Origin: Fibrobacteria bacterium
GTDB lineage: Bacteria > Fibrobacterota > Chitinivibrionia > Chitinivibrionales > FEN-1185
Reading direction: 5' to 3'
Assembly (NCBI GenBank): GCA_037447435.1
Contig: JBBIGR010000008.1
Span: 88,619-152,618 of the forward strand
Length of the DNA stretch: 64,000 nt
The position numbers were made by a program, and so were the translations under genes. Below the pieces are notes generated by a model. It did not search any database and had not been told where the DNA came from. It was given only the letters and a program-made list of their open reading frames with translations. Position 1 is the first letter of the stretch; every line of letters begins with the position of its first letter. This document shows positions 31,664-41,204 of this stretch, in pieces.

Positions 31664-33967
31664 TTATTCTGCAATATCCGTCGTGTGCGTTACGGCGCAT
31701 TCTTCGTCTTCTTCCCGTTTTTCCTCCACGCTCAGCGCAGGCAGAAATAAACAGAACGTCGTTCCCCGGCCGATTTTGGAATCGACGGTTATGTAACCCT
31801 CGTGTTTTTTTACAATTGAGTACGCTGCGGCAAGTCCGAGCCCGTTGCGGTTTTCCTTTGTCGTAAAATACGGATCGAATATCTTTTCGATGTGTTCTTT
31901 GGAAATTCCGGCGCCTTCGTCGCGGACCGAGATGCAGACGTATACGCCTTCCTTCATTTGTGAAGCATGAATGATTTGCGAGGGGATATGCGACGATCCC
32001 GCTTGATCGATAACCGTATTATGCGCGGATATCGCTATCGTGCCGCCGCCCACCATTGCCTGATCGGCATTGACGACCAAATTATTGATAACCTGGTCTA
32101 TTTGGCCGCGGTCGATTTCCACGGGATACAAGTCGTCCGGCAAATCCAATTGATAGGTCGTGGTCGAGCCCGAAAGGCAAAAGCCGACGGCGTCTTCGAT
32201 AAGCCGTTTGATAGACGTCCGTTCCTTGACGGGAGCGCCGCTGATGGAAAAAGTTAGAAGTTGCTTAGTGAGACGGCTGGCGCGAAATGCGGCAGCCTCG
32301 GCTTCGGTGATATACTTGTACGATTCGTCGTAGGGTTTGAGATGGATTTTGGCCGTAAATAAATGGGTGGCGATTTCCGAAAGGATGTTGCTGAAATCGC
32401 CGGCAATGCCTTCGGCGAGTATTCCCATGGATTCGAGCTTGCGGGTTTTAAATAATTCATTTTCAAGAATTTTATGGTCCGTCATATCGTGCAGCACCAA
32501 TACCATTCCTATTATTTCGTTTTGTGCGTTATTGATCGGTGCGGCGCTACCGGAAATAAGCCGCTTGATACCGTCTTTTGATACGAGCTCCCACCCGTCT
32601 TCGCAATTCAAGGTGCGGCGCGAAGAAATAATCGAGGGCAAAATATCGGTGACACGCTTTTTATTTCGTTCGTTGATTATGTAAACGCAATCGTCGATAT
32701 GCTTTCCTTCGATCGATTCGCGGCCGCAGCCGGTCAGCAATTCCGCGACATTATTGATAAGAATGATTTTGCCGTGTATATCCGTCGTAATGACGCCGTC
32801 TCCGATGCCGCTGAGCGTCACGGCCAAACGTTCGTTCGCCTGTTGGAGCTGTGCGGTACGTTGCGTCACTTTTGTTTCCAATTCGTCATGCGCGGCGCGC
32901 AAGGCAGCTTCGGCATTTTTACGGTCGGTTATGTCGCGGCAGATAAAAACCATGCCGTGCACGACATCTTTTTTGTCTTTCAACGTGGATGCCGATAAGG
33001 AAACCGGTATCGTATTCCCGTTTTTCGCTGAAAAAGACGTCTCGATGTCGCAAATATTGCCCGATGTTTGCATATTATAGAACCAGGTTTTGTCCGACAT
33101 CGGTCGGGAATTGGAAATGTCGGCAAATAAACGTTCGGATTTGATGCCGATGAGTTCGCCTTTTTTATAACCGAGCATGTTGCAAAGCGCGTCGTTAACG
33201 GTTTGTATCGTCCCGTCGTCATTGACAATAAGCAATCCGTCGGTCATGGTCGAGATGATTTTGTCCGCCGCTATCGCGGGAGTGAGCACGAACAGCCTGT
33301 GTTTCCACATTCCGTAGCCGATAAAGCAACAGGTCAGGAAAAAGGGGAACGTTGTTGCTTCCGGCTTCCATATTCCGGTGACCATTGAAATGAATATCGA
33401 CGCAAATCCGAAGCAAATCGGAAATATGAACCCGAGCGCGACATATTTCACCTGCTTTTTCTTCGTCGTTTCCTTTGTCGTAAAATAAAAACGGACCAAC
33501 GTGCCGATGATGATTGCGGCTGCAATGCAAGACCAGAGAATATCCGAATAGTAAATCAGGTTGCGCGGACTGGTCAAGACCCAACCGTGTTCGGTATGGA
33601 TCGGGGAGCCGGACATGAACGATTTCCATAAAGAAAGACCGCAAAAAACCACGCAGGGAACGTAAATGGCAATATAGGTAATTGCCTTTTTCCGAAGGCG
33701 GGTTTTTTCCGTAAAAATAAGCGTGAAATGCAAAAGCAGAGAAACGCTCACGTTCCAAAACGAGAATAGTTTGATCCACATATGGGCTTCATTGACATTT
33801 CGGGATAATTGCAGGCCGATGTCCGAAAGCATCCAAAAAGCGAACGACAAAGACATGAACATGAAAACGATATTCAATTGCTTACGGGGGTTTTGGAAAT
33901 ACACGAAGATGCTGATAAATATGCATATGGCAATTGCGTGCATATATAAAGTCGGCGACACAACCAT
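31664..33967 (-). CDS. 7TM-PAS-PAS sensor histidine kinase-like protein with H-box His replaced by Gly
   Basis: Seven N-terminal TMs, two PAS repeats, H-box GIAGDFSNIL. N, G1, F and G2 boxes are intact (NLVVNA, DEGAGI, FDPYFTTK, GLGL). Confidence 0.88.
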   Translation of the reverse strand: MVVSPTLYMHAIAICIFISIFVYFQNPRKQLNIVFMFMSLSFAFWMLSDIGLQLSRNVNEAHMWIKLFSFWNVSVSLLLHFTLIFTEKTRLRKKAITYIAIYVPCVVFCGLSLWKSFMSGSPIHTEHGWVLTSPRNLIYYSDILWSCIAAAIIIGTLVRFYFTTKETTKKKQVKYVALGFIFPICFGFASIFISMVTGIWKPEATTFPFFLTCCFIGYGMWKHRLFVLTPAIAADKIISTMTDGLLIVNDDGTIQTVNDALCNMLGYKKGELIGIKSERLFADISNSRPMSDKTWFYNMQTSGNICDIETSFSAKNGNTIPVSLSASTLKDKKDVVHGMVFICRDITDRKNAEAALRAAHDELETKVTQRTAQLQQANERLAVTLSGIGDGVITTDIHGKIILINNVAELLTGCGRESIEGKHIDDCVYIINERNKKRVTDILPSIISSRRTLNCEDGWELVSKDGIKRLISGSAAPINNAQNEIIGMVLVLHDMTDHKILENELFKTRKLESMGILAEGIAGDFSNILSEIATHLFTAKIHLKPYDESYKYITEAEAAAFRASRLTKQLLTFSISGAPVKERTSIKRLIEDAVGFCLSGSTTTYQLDLPDDLYPVEIDRGQIDQVINNLVVNADQAMVGGGTIAISAHNTVIDQAGSSHIPSQIIHASQMKEGVYVCISVRDEGAGISKEHIEKIFDPYFTTKENRNGLGLAAAYSIVKKHEGYITVDSKIGRGTTFCLFLPALSVEEKREEDEECAVTHTTDIAE

Positions 33968-34195
33968 AATACCCTTTGCTTTTTAAGCGATTAATGAAAA
34001 ATGGAATGGAAATGCCAATGGGAATTGTAATTTCCATATAATTATTGTATCATCAGATAATCGCGGATGCAATGCTAATAATACTATTTTAAAACATGGT
34101 ATACCTTTATTTTTCTAAGGGAAATGTATATTATTGAAAAGATTTTTAAAGAAAAAAAGCGATATCCCGGGTGTGAAAATTTAACAGGAGGATGT

Positions 34196-35341
34196 ATGAT
34201 AAAAGTTTTTTCCCTGGTTTTTGCCGCAATCGTATTTTGCGCTCCACAAACAATTTTTGCCCAAGAAGAAAACATTTTATCCGAAGGTATGGGAGAGGGC
34301 GCAAACGCAGCCGAGGCGCTTATGGCTGCGAAACGGGACGCTATTGAAAAAGGCATTGGGACAATTCTTTTATCACAAACCGAAATCGAAAATTTCCAGG
34401 TCAAACGCGACCAAATTATCACCAAAACCATTGGCGCCGTTAAAAGTTTTGAGAAAATATCCGAAGGAAAAACCAGTGACGGACTATTCCAGGTCAAAAT
34501 AAAGGCAGTACTTTCCAGAAGTGCAATGCGGGAAGATTTGGCGTCGTTTCAGATTTTGATCGAATCCATGAATAAGCCCAGAACCATGGTTATAATCGAC
34601 GAAAATAATGTGGGAAATAATGAACCGAATAATGCCGCAAGCGAAGCCGCGATATTGCAATTTCTCAAAGATCCCTATGAATTCGAGCTCATTGATCCTA
34701 AGGTGAATGCCGCGATTAAATCGTCTCAGGAAAAAATGGCCGCCATTGCGGGAGATGCAGCCGCAGCCGCTCATCTCGGTATGCAGAACGGCGCAGAAGT
34801 AATCATTACCGGTTCCGCAATAAGCAGGGAAGCAAAGAACATGTCGCAAAGTTTGGGCGGAATGGTTTCGGTACAGGCCGACGTGACATTGCGTGCGATT
34901 AATTGCAGTTCCGGAAGCATCATGGGAACTGCGCAAGCCCATGCAGCCAAAGTACATGTGAGCCCCAATACGGCCGGTACCCAGGCGATTTCCGCAGCGT
35001 CGCAAAAAGCGATCGGTCAATTGCTCGACGTCATAATCAAAGATTGGCAAAACAAACTTAATAACGGCGAATCGCTTTCAATAACCGTCACGGGTGTTTC
35101 GACCTTTCGGATGAAAAATGATTTAATCCAAACCCTTGGAGGAATTTCCGGCGTGTCTGCGGTCCGCGAACGGAATTGGGACATGCAAAGCAAAATTTTT
35201 ACCGTTGATGTCCAATACAAAGGAAATGCGAACGGCTTTTGCACAAGAATCGACGGATTTAAGCTTAAATCCGGCGCAGGAAGCATTGCGGTTTCCGGCG
35301 TGACCGGTCAACGGGTTACCTTGGCCGTTCAGGCCATGTAA
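34196..35341 (+). CDS. Secreted protein with FlgT-N-like domain and CsgG/TolB-N-like domain
   Basis: AGGAGG RBS before ATG 34196, signal peptide, EG.G...AL..AKRDAIE...ENFQV..D.I motif, GAEVIITG. Confidence 0.6.
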   Translation: MIKVFSLVFAAIVFCAPQTIFAQEENILSEGMGEGANAAEALMAAKRDAIEKGIGTILLSQTEIENFQVKRDQIITKTIGAVKSFEKISEGKTSDGLFQVKIKAVLSRSAMREDLASFQILIESMNKPRTMVIIDENNVGNNEPNNAASEAAILQFLKDPYEFELIDPKVNAAIKSSQEKMAAIAGDAAAAAHLGMQNGAEVIITGSAISREAKNMSQSLGGMVSVQADVTLRAINCSSGSIMGTAQAHAAKVHVSPNTAGTQAISAASQKAIGQLLDVIIKDWQNKLNNGESLSITVTGVSTFRMKNDLIQTLGGISGVSAVRERNWDMQSKIFTVDVQYKGNANGFCTRIDGFKLKSGAGSIAVSGVTGQRVTLAVQAM

Positions 35342-35376
35342 AATCGGCATTTTGAAAAGAAAGCATAACTGAAAAC

Positions 35377-36438
35377 ATGATACTTCGTAAGCAGACCAGA
35401 CAGATTATCGTTCGGGACGTACCAATCGGCGGCAATGCCCCTGTTGTCGTGCAATCCATGACAAACACCAAAGCCGATGACGTCGACGGAACGCTGGCCC
35501 AAATAGAACGGCTCACCAAAGCCGGATGCAAAATAGTACGCATTGCATTGCCGAATAAAAATGCCGTTGTTCCTTTTGGAAAAATAAGGGCGCAAACAAA
35601 AGTCCCTATCGTTGCGGACATTCATTTCCAATACGAACTTGCCATTGCGGCAATCGAAGCCGGTGCCGATAAAATCAGGATAAATCCCGGCAATATCGGG
35701 TCTTCGGAAAATGTAAAAAAGGTCGTGGATGCGGCAAAAGCCGCAAAAATTCCCATTCGCATCGGCGTGAATTCCGGTTCCCTGGAAAAGCATCTTTTGG
35801 AAAAACACGGCGGGCCGACGCCTGCCGCATTGTGCGAAAGCGCGCTCGGTTTTATCCGCATGATGGACGATTTCTCGTTTGGAAATATTATTTTGTCCAT
35901 CAAGGCAAGCGACGTGATGACTACCGTGAGCGCCTGCCGATTGCTTTGTGAGCAATCCGATGTGCCTCAACATATCGGGATTACCGAATCGGGAACGTTG
36001 AAAAGCGGTACCATTCGGTCGTCGGTCGGTATCGGTACGCTGTTGGCAGAAGGAATCGGCGATACGCTTCGCGTTTCGCTTTGTTCCGATCCGGTCAATG
36101 AAATATACGTCGCCATCGAAATCCTTAAATCGCTCGGGCTTTCGCAAGGCCCCATGGTAATTGCCTGTCCGACCTGCGGCAGAACGCAACTCGATGTCGA
36201 AATGCTCGCTCAAAAAGTGGAAGAATTGGTCGCGCCCCTTTCCATCCCGATAAAAATAGCGGTCATGGGCTGCATCGTCAACGGCCCGGGCGAAGCCAGG
36301 GACGCGGACATCGGCATTGCGGGCGGCATGCACGAAGGCCGGATATTCATTAAAGGACAACCGATTGCACGGGTCAAGGAAGATAAATTGCTCGAAACGC
36401 TCTGGGAATATATTCAACGGGATTTTGTAAAGGGATAA
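35377..36438 (+). CDS. ispG: (E)-4-hydroxy-3-methylbut-2-enyl-diphosphate synthase
   Basis: VQSMTNT, ADIHF, RINPGNIG, RIGVNSGSL, GIGDTLRVSL, CPTCGR, MGCIVNGPGE. Confidence 0.97.
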   Translation: MILRKQTRQIIVRDVPIGGNAPVVVQSMTNTKADDVDGTLAQIERLTKAGCKIVRIALPNKNAVVPFGKIRAQTKVPIVADIHFQYELAIAAIEAGADKIRINPGNIGSSENVKKVVDAAKAAKIPIRIGVNSGSLEKHLLEKHGGPTPAALCESALGFIRMMDDFSFGNIILSIKASDVMTTVSACRLLCEQSDVPQHIGITESGTLKSGTIRSSVGIGTLLAEGIGDTLRVSLCSDPVNEIYVAIEILKSLGLSQGPMVIACPTCGRTQLDVEMLAQKVEELVAPLSIPIKIAVMGCIVNGPGEARDADIGIAGGMHEGRIFIKGQPIARVKEDKLLETLWEYIQRDFVKG

Positions 36439-36456
36439 CGTTCGAAGCAAGAATAC

Positions 36457-36984
36457 ATGAATACAATAGAATATTCCGTCTTAGATACCGGAAACACTAA
36501 AGATTGTTTTGAATACGAACACGCGTTTTTCCGCGCTTTCAGTTCAACGGAATTCGAACATATTTGGAACTACAATTACAAATCAAAAACCATTACCGCA
36601 AAAATCCCCTATTCGAACCAACAGGTATTCACCGCGAAACTTCCGGCTAGGGTTGTTGCGGGCATTGCAATAAATTTCGGTATGCAAAACCGATTGCAAC
36701 TCGAAATGGAAGGATTTAAAATAGACAAATCGCAACCGGCGATTTGCGAAATTCTGGCAATGTTTTCGCTTCTCGGCATTACAACGGGAACGCCCGTCAT
36801 CAAATCCCTGACCGAATTTCTCATTAAAAATCTTGCGGAAAAAGAGATAACCACCGTCTACGGCACTTGCGACCAGAAAAAAGTAAGGGCATACGAACTC
36901 ATCGGACTCACGGTCATCGATCAGGTCCTTTTTAAAAACGAAAAAGTGTTTCTTCTGGAAATGGCTTTGAATAAATATCTGTGA
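36457..36984 (+). CDS. Hypothetical protein, possible GNAT-like fold
   Basis: 175-aa ORF directly after ispG. C-terminal VYGTC...RAYELIG recalls GNAT motif B. Confidence 0.5.
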   Translation: MNTIEYSVLDTGNTKDCFEYEHAFFRAFSSTEFEHIWNYNYKSKTITAKIPYSNQQVFTAKLPARVVAGIAINFGMQNRLQLEMEGFKIDKSQPAICEILAMFSLLGITTGTPVIKSLTEFLIKNLAEKEITTVYGTCDQKKVRAYELIGLTVIDQVLFKNEKVFLLEMALNKYL

Positions 36985-37060
36985 GACGTATGAGCTCTGC
37001 GGTTTTTTACGCGAGCATGGGTAAATCGTATTTATTTCGTAAATGTCTGCCCTGAAAATC

Positions 37061-40000
37061 TTATTTCAAATATAAAACTCCCAATGAATCGAAATAATTT
37101 TTCACGGAAAACCGATATGCTTCCGGAAAAATGCCCATAAAGGCTTTTTGGCGCATGCGATAAAATTTGTCTGCGCCCCGGTTGGCGCTAGCTGGGGAAG
37201 CGGGAGTCGATTCGCTGAAAATATTTTTCGCGCTTGTAGAGGTCCTGTCTTCCTTGCCTTCGTCCTGCTTATGCTGGGACAATGTCGTTTCGAGCATCCG
37301 GGACAAAAATTTGTCTTGCCGGTCAACCAGTTCGGGCGAAGGCGAATCGAATTGCTTTGCAAGCCGCCGGGCTTCCTGTTCCAGCTCTTTTGCTTTACTA
37401 TCAAGAGAAGGTCCGGCTTCTTTGCCGTATTTGTCCGCAAGTTTTTTGAGCGCGTCGGCAATTTCCTTTTGCTGCGCTTGCGCTTCGCTACGCGCCGCTT
37501 CGCCGCCCGCTTGTCCGTTTTTGGAAAATTGCGGATTTCCGCTCTCGCCCTGGGAAGACCCTTTACCCAGCATCCGCTGCAGCAATTCCCCGGTTAGCGA
37601 ATTGAGCGACGCCTGCTTTTGCGAGAGCTTTCGCATTCCCTGCATCATAGACGAAGCGCCGCCGCTTTGTCCGCCCTGGTTGTTGGCCATTGCGTTAAGC
37701 GCGTCGAATATCGTTTTCGCAAGTTCGTTCATCGAATTTTGCGGTTCAGTCGAAAGCATGGGCGCATTGCTCGAAGATAAAAAACCCAGGTTTGCGTCGA
37801 TATCGGCAATGCATTTTCCATACGCTTTTGAAATGGCGACCATGGATTGCGGCGAAGTCATTGCGAGGCTGTCCAGTTTCCCGCTACTGTTCTGTAAAGA
37901 AGATTTTACCGCAGTCTGGGTTGTGGCAATGTCTCCGGCTTCGGAATTCGGTTCGTTGACATTGTCGTTTAACATATGCTGCCAATCCGAAAGCGATAAC
38001 GCGTCATGCGCCATAGACAGCAATATCCTCCGGTCGGATTCCATTTTTTTAGTCATTGCCGTGCTTTGTAAATTCATAAGATCGTCCGCAAGGGACGACA
38101 GCGTTGCCGACATCTCTTCCTGCTTCGACGCCTGCGGCATTTGCGAGCTCGACATTTGCGAACGCATGGCGCTTTGCTGTTCTTTTAGTTTCGAAAGCGA
38201 GGGCAAATCTTTCCGGCCAAACAATGCGGAATCCGGCTTTTGATTCGCCTGTGCGTCTATTTTGGAAAGCAATGAGCCAACTGCCGAAGTCTGGTCCTTT
38301 TGCTTTGCCTTGCATTCGGCATTGTTTTGCGGCATGGTTGCGATGTCGTGCTGTTGCTTTGCCAATTCCCGGGCTTCGCTTGCCAGTTTCGCAAGCTCGC
38401 CATCGCGCTTCATCATGGCGATGAACTTTAACGCATTGTCCAGACGCTGGGACAATTCGGGCATCTGGGACTTAAACTGTTCCAAAGATTTTTTAAGGTC
38501 TTCCATGGAAATAGTTTCTTCGGTTTTGCTTTTAGCAAAAAGGAGACTGTCGCCGAACTGCTTGCGGAGCGCCTCGAGTTCCTGCTGGATCTGGTTCATT
38601 TTGTTCAGCAACTCTTGCGGCATGCTTTGCTGCTTTTTAATATTGTCGACCGCCTCTTTAAAGGAATCCAGCGCTTTTTGCAACGAATCCGTTTGCGCGT
38701 TTACCGCGTTTTGAAGGTCTTTTGCTATTTGTTTTTGTTCCCACGAAAGCGATTGCTTGTTCTTTGTTGTTTGCAAAAGAGAAGCCACGGATTTTTGTAT
38801 ATCGTCCTGCTTTTTTTTGACCGAGCGCATCGTTTGTTCGGTTGCGTCCTGCTCGTTTGCTATTTGTTCGTGGATTTCGTCGAACGATGGAACGCGGAAA
38901 AAAAACGTGTCGGTAGAGGTCTTTTGCGGCCCGCCGTACGCCCGATTGTCCTGCGCGCTTGCCCAATAAAACAAGGTATCGTTGGGGTACAGCGAAAAGC
39001 GTTGAAAATTCAAACGGACCGTGATGCCCATGGCTTTTTGCAACGGTTGGGACATAGAGGGCTTGATATCGGAAAAAAGAACGGGCTGCTCGCGGTTTTT
39101 TCGCGCAAATACCGAAACGTCTTTGATCCCGATATCGTCGATCGCTTCGATCATGAGGGTTTCGGCAACCGAAGGGTCGCAGGTTTTGTTCGCGTGCGGC
39201 TTGATAAAAGAAATTGTCGGCGCAAGATCTTCTATGATTTCTATGGAAAAGAAGGGCAGCGAATCGCTTTTTTGCCCGAACGTGTCGACAAGGGAAAAGG
39301 TATAGGACGAATGATTCTTCACCATGAATTCGCCGGAGGCCTTCATGCCTAAAACGGAGCATTGCAAGGAATCGTCGCTCGCGAAAACGCATGCGGCCGT
39401 ACGCAACGGATTTGAACTTTCCAACCTAACAAATGCCTTGGTCCCGGGATATGCGGCGAAATTCCCCTGGCCGTCGGCAATGATTGCGGGTTTAAGCCCG
39501 GTATAAGACGGCGGTACAAGCCTGACCGACAAGCCCGACACCAGAGGTTTTTGGGCCACGAATATCGTGTCGGCTACGGTTTGCTTCTTGCCGATGGAAA
39601 ACGTATACGTAAAGGATTGCACCACCGAATCGATGCGCAGGGAAAAATTCCCGACGCTATCGGGAACGAGCAGCTTTTCCGTAAGCGTGTTGTTGCCGAA
39701 ACTGCTCAGGGCAATGGTGCCCGAGGGATATTTGCCGTTTGCCGCGGCGCATCGCAAGACGCAGGATTTTCCTTTTGCAATGTGAACGGTGCCGGGCGAA
39801 ACCGTCAAATTTATTGTTTGGAAATAGGAAAACGGCAATTGCCAATAGGAAAAGCATTTGTTCGCGGTTGCGAACATGGATACGAAACAGAGCAATGCCG
39901 AGAGAGACAACGGAACAATTTTTTTTAAGGAAAACCGGGGTGTTATTGTCTTTGGATATAAAATCAGGGATTGCGCCGCGTTTTCGATTGCCATGGACCA

Positions 40001-40354
40001 AAGCGGATTTGATTCGTTCGGGTTATCCAACAGTTCGAGCGCCACCGAAAGGGTCTGATGTTTATTTGGTAAAGATCTTTCGAGCGCATGTGCCGTAGTT
40101 TTAAGGGAAATCGGTTTACGAATATATATATTGAAAGCCGCAACCATAAGAGAACAAAGAAAACCGATGACCGACAAATCCCATACAAGCGTGAGCATTG
40201 TCCAGGGAAAGAATGAAAACCAGATTTGTACTGCCGCCGCAACAAAGAAAAATATCGCGGCAACGGATGCGCTTTGAACGCTAAGCGCATGCCGTTGCAG
40301 TCGTTTTTTATGCTCAAAGCAAAATTGCCGTATGTGCGAAATATGGTTATTCAT
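37061..40354 (-). CDS. DUF4175-like large membrane-anchored coiled-coil protein
   Basis: N-terminal TMs, PPSYTG, D..P.I, AIDDIGI, long Gln-rich coiled coil, C-terminal P..YR..VKNYF. Overlaps the DUF4159 stop (ATGA). Confidence 0.78.
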   Translation of the reverse strand: MNNHISHIRQFCFEHKKRLQRHALSVQSASVAAIFFFVAAAVQIWFSFFPWTMLTLVWDLSVIGFLCSLMVAAFNIYIRKPISLKTTAHALERSLPNKHQTLSVALELLDNPNESNPLWSMAIENAAQSLILYPKTITPRFSLKKIVPLSLSALLCFVSMFATANKCFSYWQLPFSYFQTINLTVSPGTVHIAKGKSCVLRCAAANGKYPSGTIALSSFGNNTLTEKLLVPDSVGNFSLRIDSVVQSFTYTFSIGKKQTVADTIFVAQKPLVSGLSVRLVPPSYTGLKPAIIADGQGNFAAYPGTKAFVRLESSNPLRTAACVFASDDSLQCSVLGMKASGEFMVKNHSSYTFSLVDTFGQKSDSLPFFSIEIIEDLAPTISFIKPHANKTCDPSVAETLMIEAIDDIGIKDVSVFARKNREQPVLFSDIKPSMSQPLQKAMGITVRLNFQRFSLYPNDTLFYWASAQDNRAYGGPQKTSTDTFFFRVPSFDEIHEQIANEQDATEQTMRSVKKKQDDIQKSVASLLQTTKNKQSLSWEQKQIAKDLQNAVNAQTDSLQKALDSFKEAVDNIKKQQSMPQELLNKMNQIQQELEALRKQFGDSLLFAKSKTEETISMEDLKKSLEQFKSQMPELSQRLDNALKFIAMMKRDGELAKLASEARELAKQQHDIATMPQNNAECKAKQKDQTSAVGSLLSKIDAQANQKPDSALFGRKDLPSLSKLKEQQSAMRSQMSSSQMPQASKQEEMSATLSSLADDLMNLQSTAMTKKMESDRRILLSMAHDALSLSDWQHMLNDNVNEPNSEAGDIATTQTAVKSSLQNSSGKLDSLAMTSPQSMVAISKAYGKCIADIDANLGFLSSSNAPMLSTEPQNSMNELAKTIFDALNAMANNQGGQSGGASSMMQGMRKLSQKQASLNSLTGELLQRMLGKGSSQGESGNPQFSKNGQAGGEAARSEAQAQQKEIADALKKLADKYGKEAGPSLDSKAKELEQEARRLAKQFDSPSPELVDRQDKFLSRMLETTLSQHKQDEGKEDRTSTSAKNIFSESTPASPASANRGADKFYRMRQKAFMGIFPEAYRFSVKNYFDSLGVLYLK

Positions 40355-41007
40355 GGTTTGAAAAACCAGACAACGATATTGACGCCCATTTCCAGGGCGA
40401 TTTCATGCAGTTTGGGCCCGTCGTTATGCACGGCAAGGTCTTCCATGCCGTCGCCGATATCGGAGCTGTACGAATAATAAACCACGAGCCTGTTTTTGAA
40501 GAATATGCCGTAGCCGACGCTCGGATCGCCGTTATGCTCGTGGATTTTGGGCAGCCCGGGCAACGGATATTTGCTTTTGTAAATCGGATGGTCTTTGGGC
40601 ACCACGACGAGAGGATTTTCCGGAAACAGCGCGGCCATTTCCCGTCGAAACGATTTGTCCATGCCGTAGCAATCGTCGGCCCATAAAAACCCGCCGCCGA
40701 TCAGATAGTTGCGGAGCCGTAAACGTTCCTGGTCGGTGAAGGCGACATTGCCGTGACCAGTCATGAAAATAAAGGGGTATCTAAAAAAATTTTCATCGGA
40801 AATTTCGACGACCGCCTCGGTATCGCAGAGCGGAATTTTCGTGCGGCTTTGCACTGCGGAAAAAAGGTTGGGCAATGCCGACGGATCGGAATACCAGTCG
40901 CCGCCGCCGCCGTATTTCAACCGCGCAATGGTGAGTTCGCATTTGTCGGCTGCATCGGAATGCACGAACAATGCGATGCAAAAAAATAAAGAGAGCAATG
41001 CTTTCAT
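40351..41007 (-). CDS. DUF4159 domain protein
   Basis: ARLKYGGGGDWY, YPFIFMTGHG, GGFLWADD, GLPKIHEH, DIGDG.E. Confidence 0.88.
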   Translation of the reverse strand: MKALLSLFFCIALFVHSDAADKCELTIARLKYGGGGDWYSDPSALPNLFSAVQSRTKIPLCDTEAVVEISDENFFRYPFIFMTGHGNVAFTDQERLRLRNYLIGGGFLWADDCYGMDKSFRREMAALFPENPLVVVPKDHPIYKSKYPLPGLPKIHEHNGDPSVGYGIFFKNRLVVYYSYSSDIGDGMEDLAVHNDGPKLHEIALEMGVNIVVWFFKP

Positions 41008-41030
41008 AAGTATCGATAAAATAGCTCATA

Positions 41031-41071
41031 AAAAAAGCCCTGTTTATTTTAAAAAAATAAACAGGGCTTTT
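41031..41071. terminator. Rho-independent terminator-like hairpin downstream of secF
   Basis: AAAAGCCCTGTTTATTTT / AAAATAAACAGGGCTTTT inverted repeat with A/T tails. Confidence 0.75.
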
Positions 41072-41095
41072 AAGTACCTAATCAGAATTATCTTT

Positions 41096-41165
41096 CCCTC
41101 ACCCCTGGCCCCTCTCCCATTAATGGGAGAGGGGAAAAGGGGTTGGGGTTAAGCGGTGAGGGTTA
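41096..41165. repeat. REP-like palindromic element, copy 1
   Basis: CCCTCACCCCTGGCCCCTCTCCCATTAATGGGAGAGGGGAAAAGGGG...GTGAGGGTTA. Near-identical copy at 48520. Confidence 0.85.
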
Positions 41166-41204
41166 CAATGAAAAGACTTGGGACAGTACCATAAATCTTA
41201 TAGA

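Noticed and set aside
35329..36450. 373-aa minus-strand ORF
   Set aside because: Antisense shadow of ispG with no recognisable motifs.
37148..39392. Long alternative-frame ORFs (358, 245 and 244 aa)
   Set aside because: Shadows of the DUF4175-like gene arising from codon bias.
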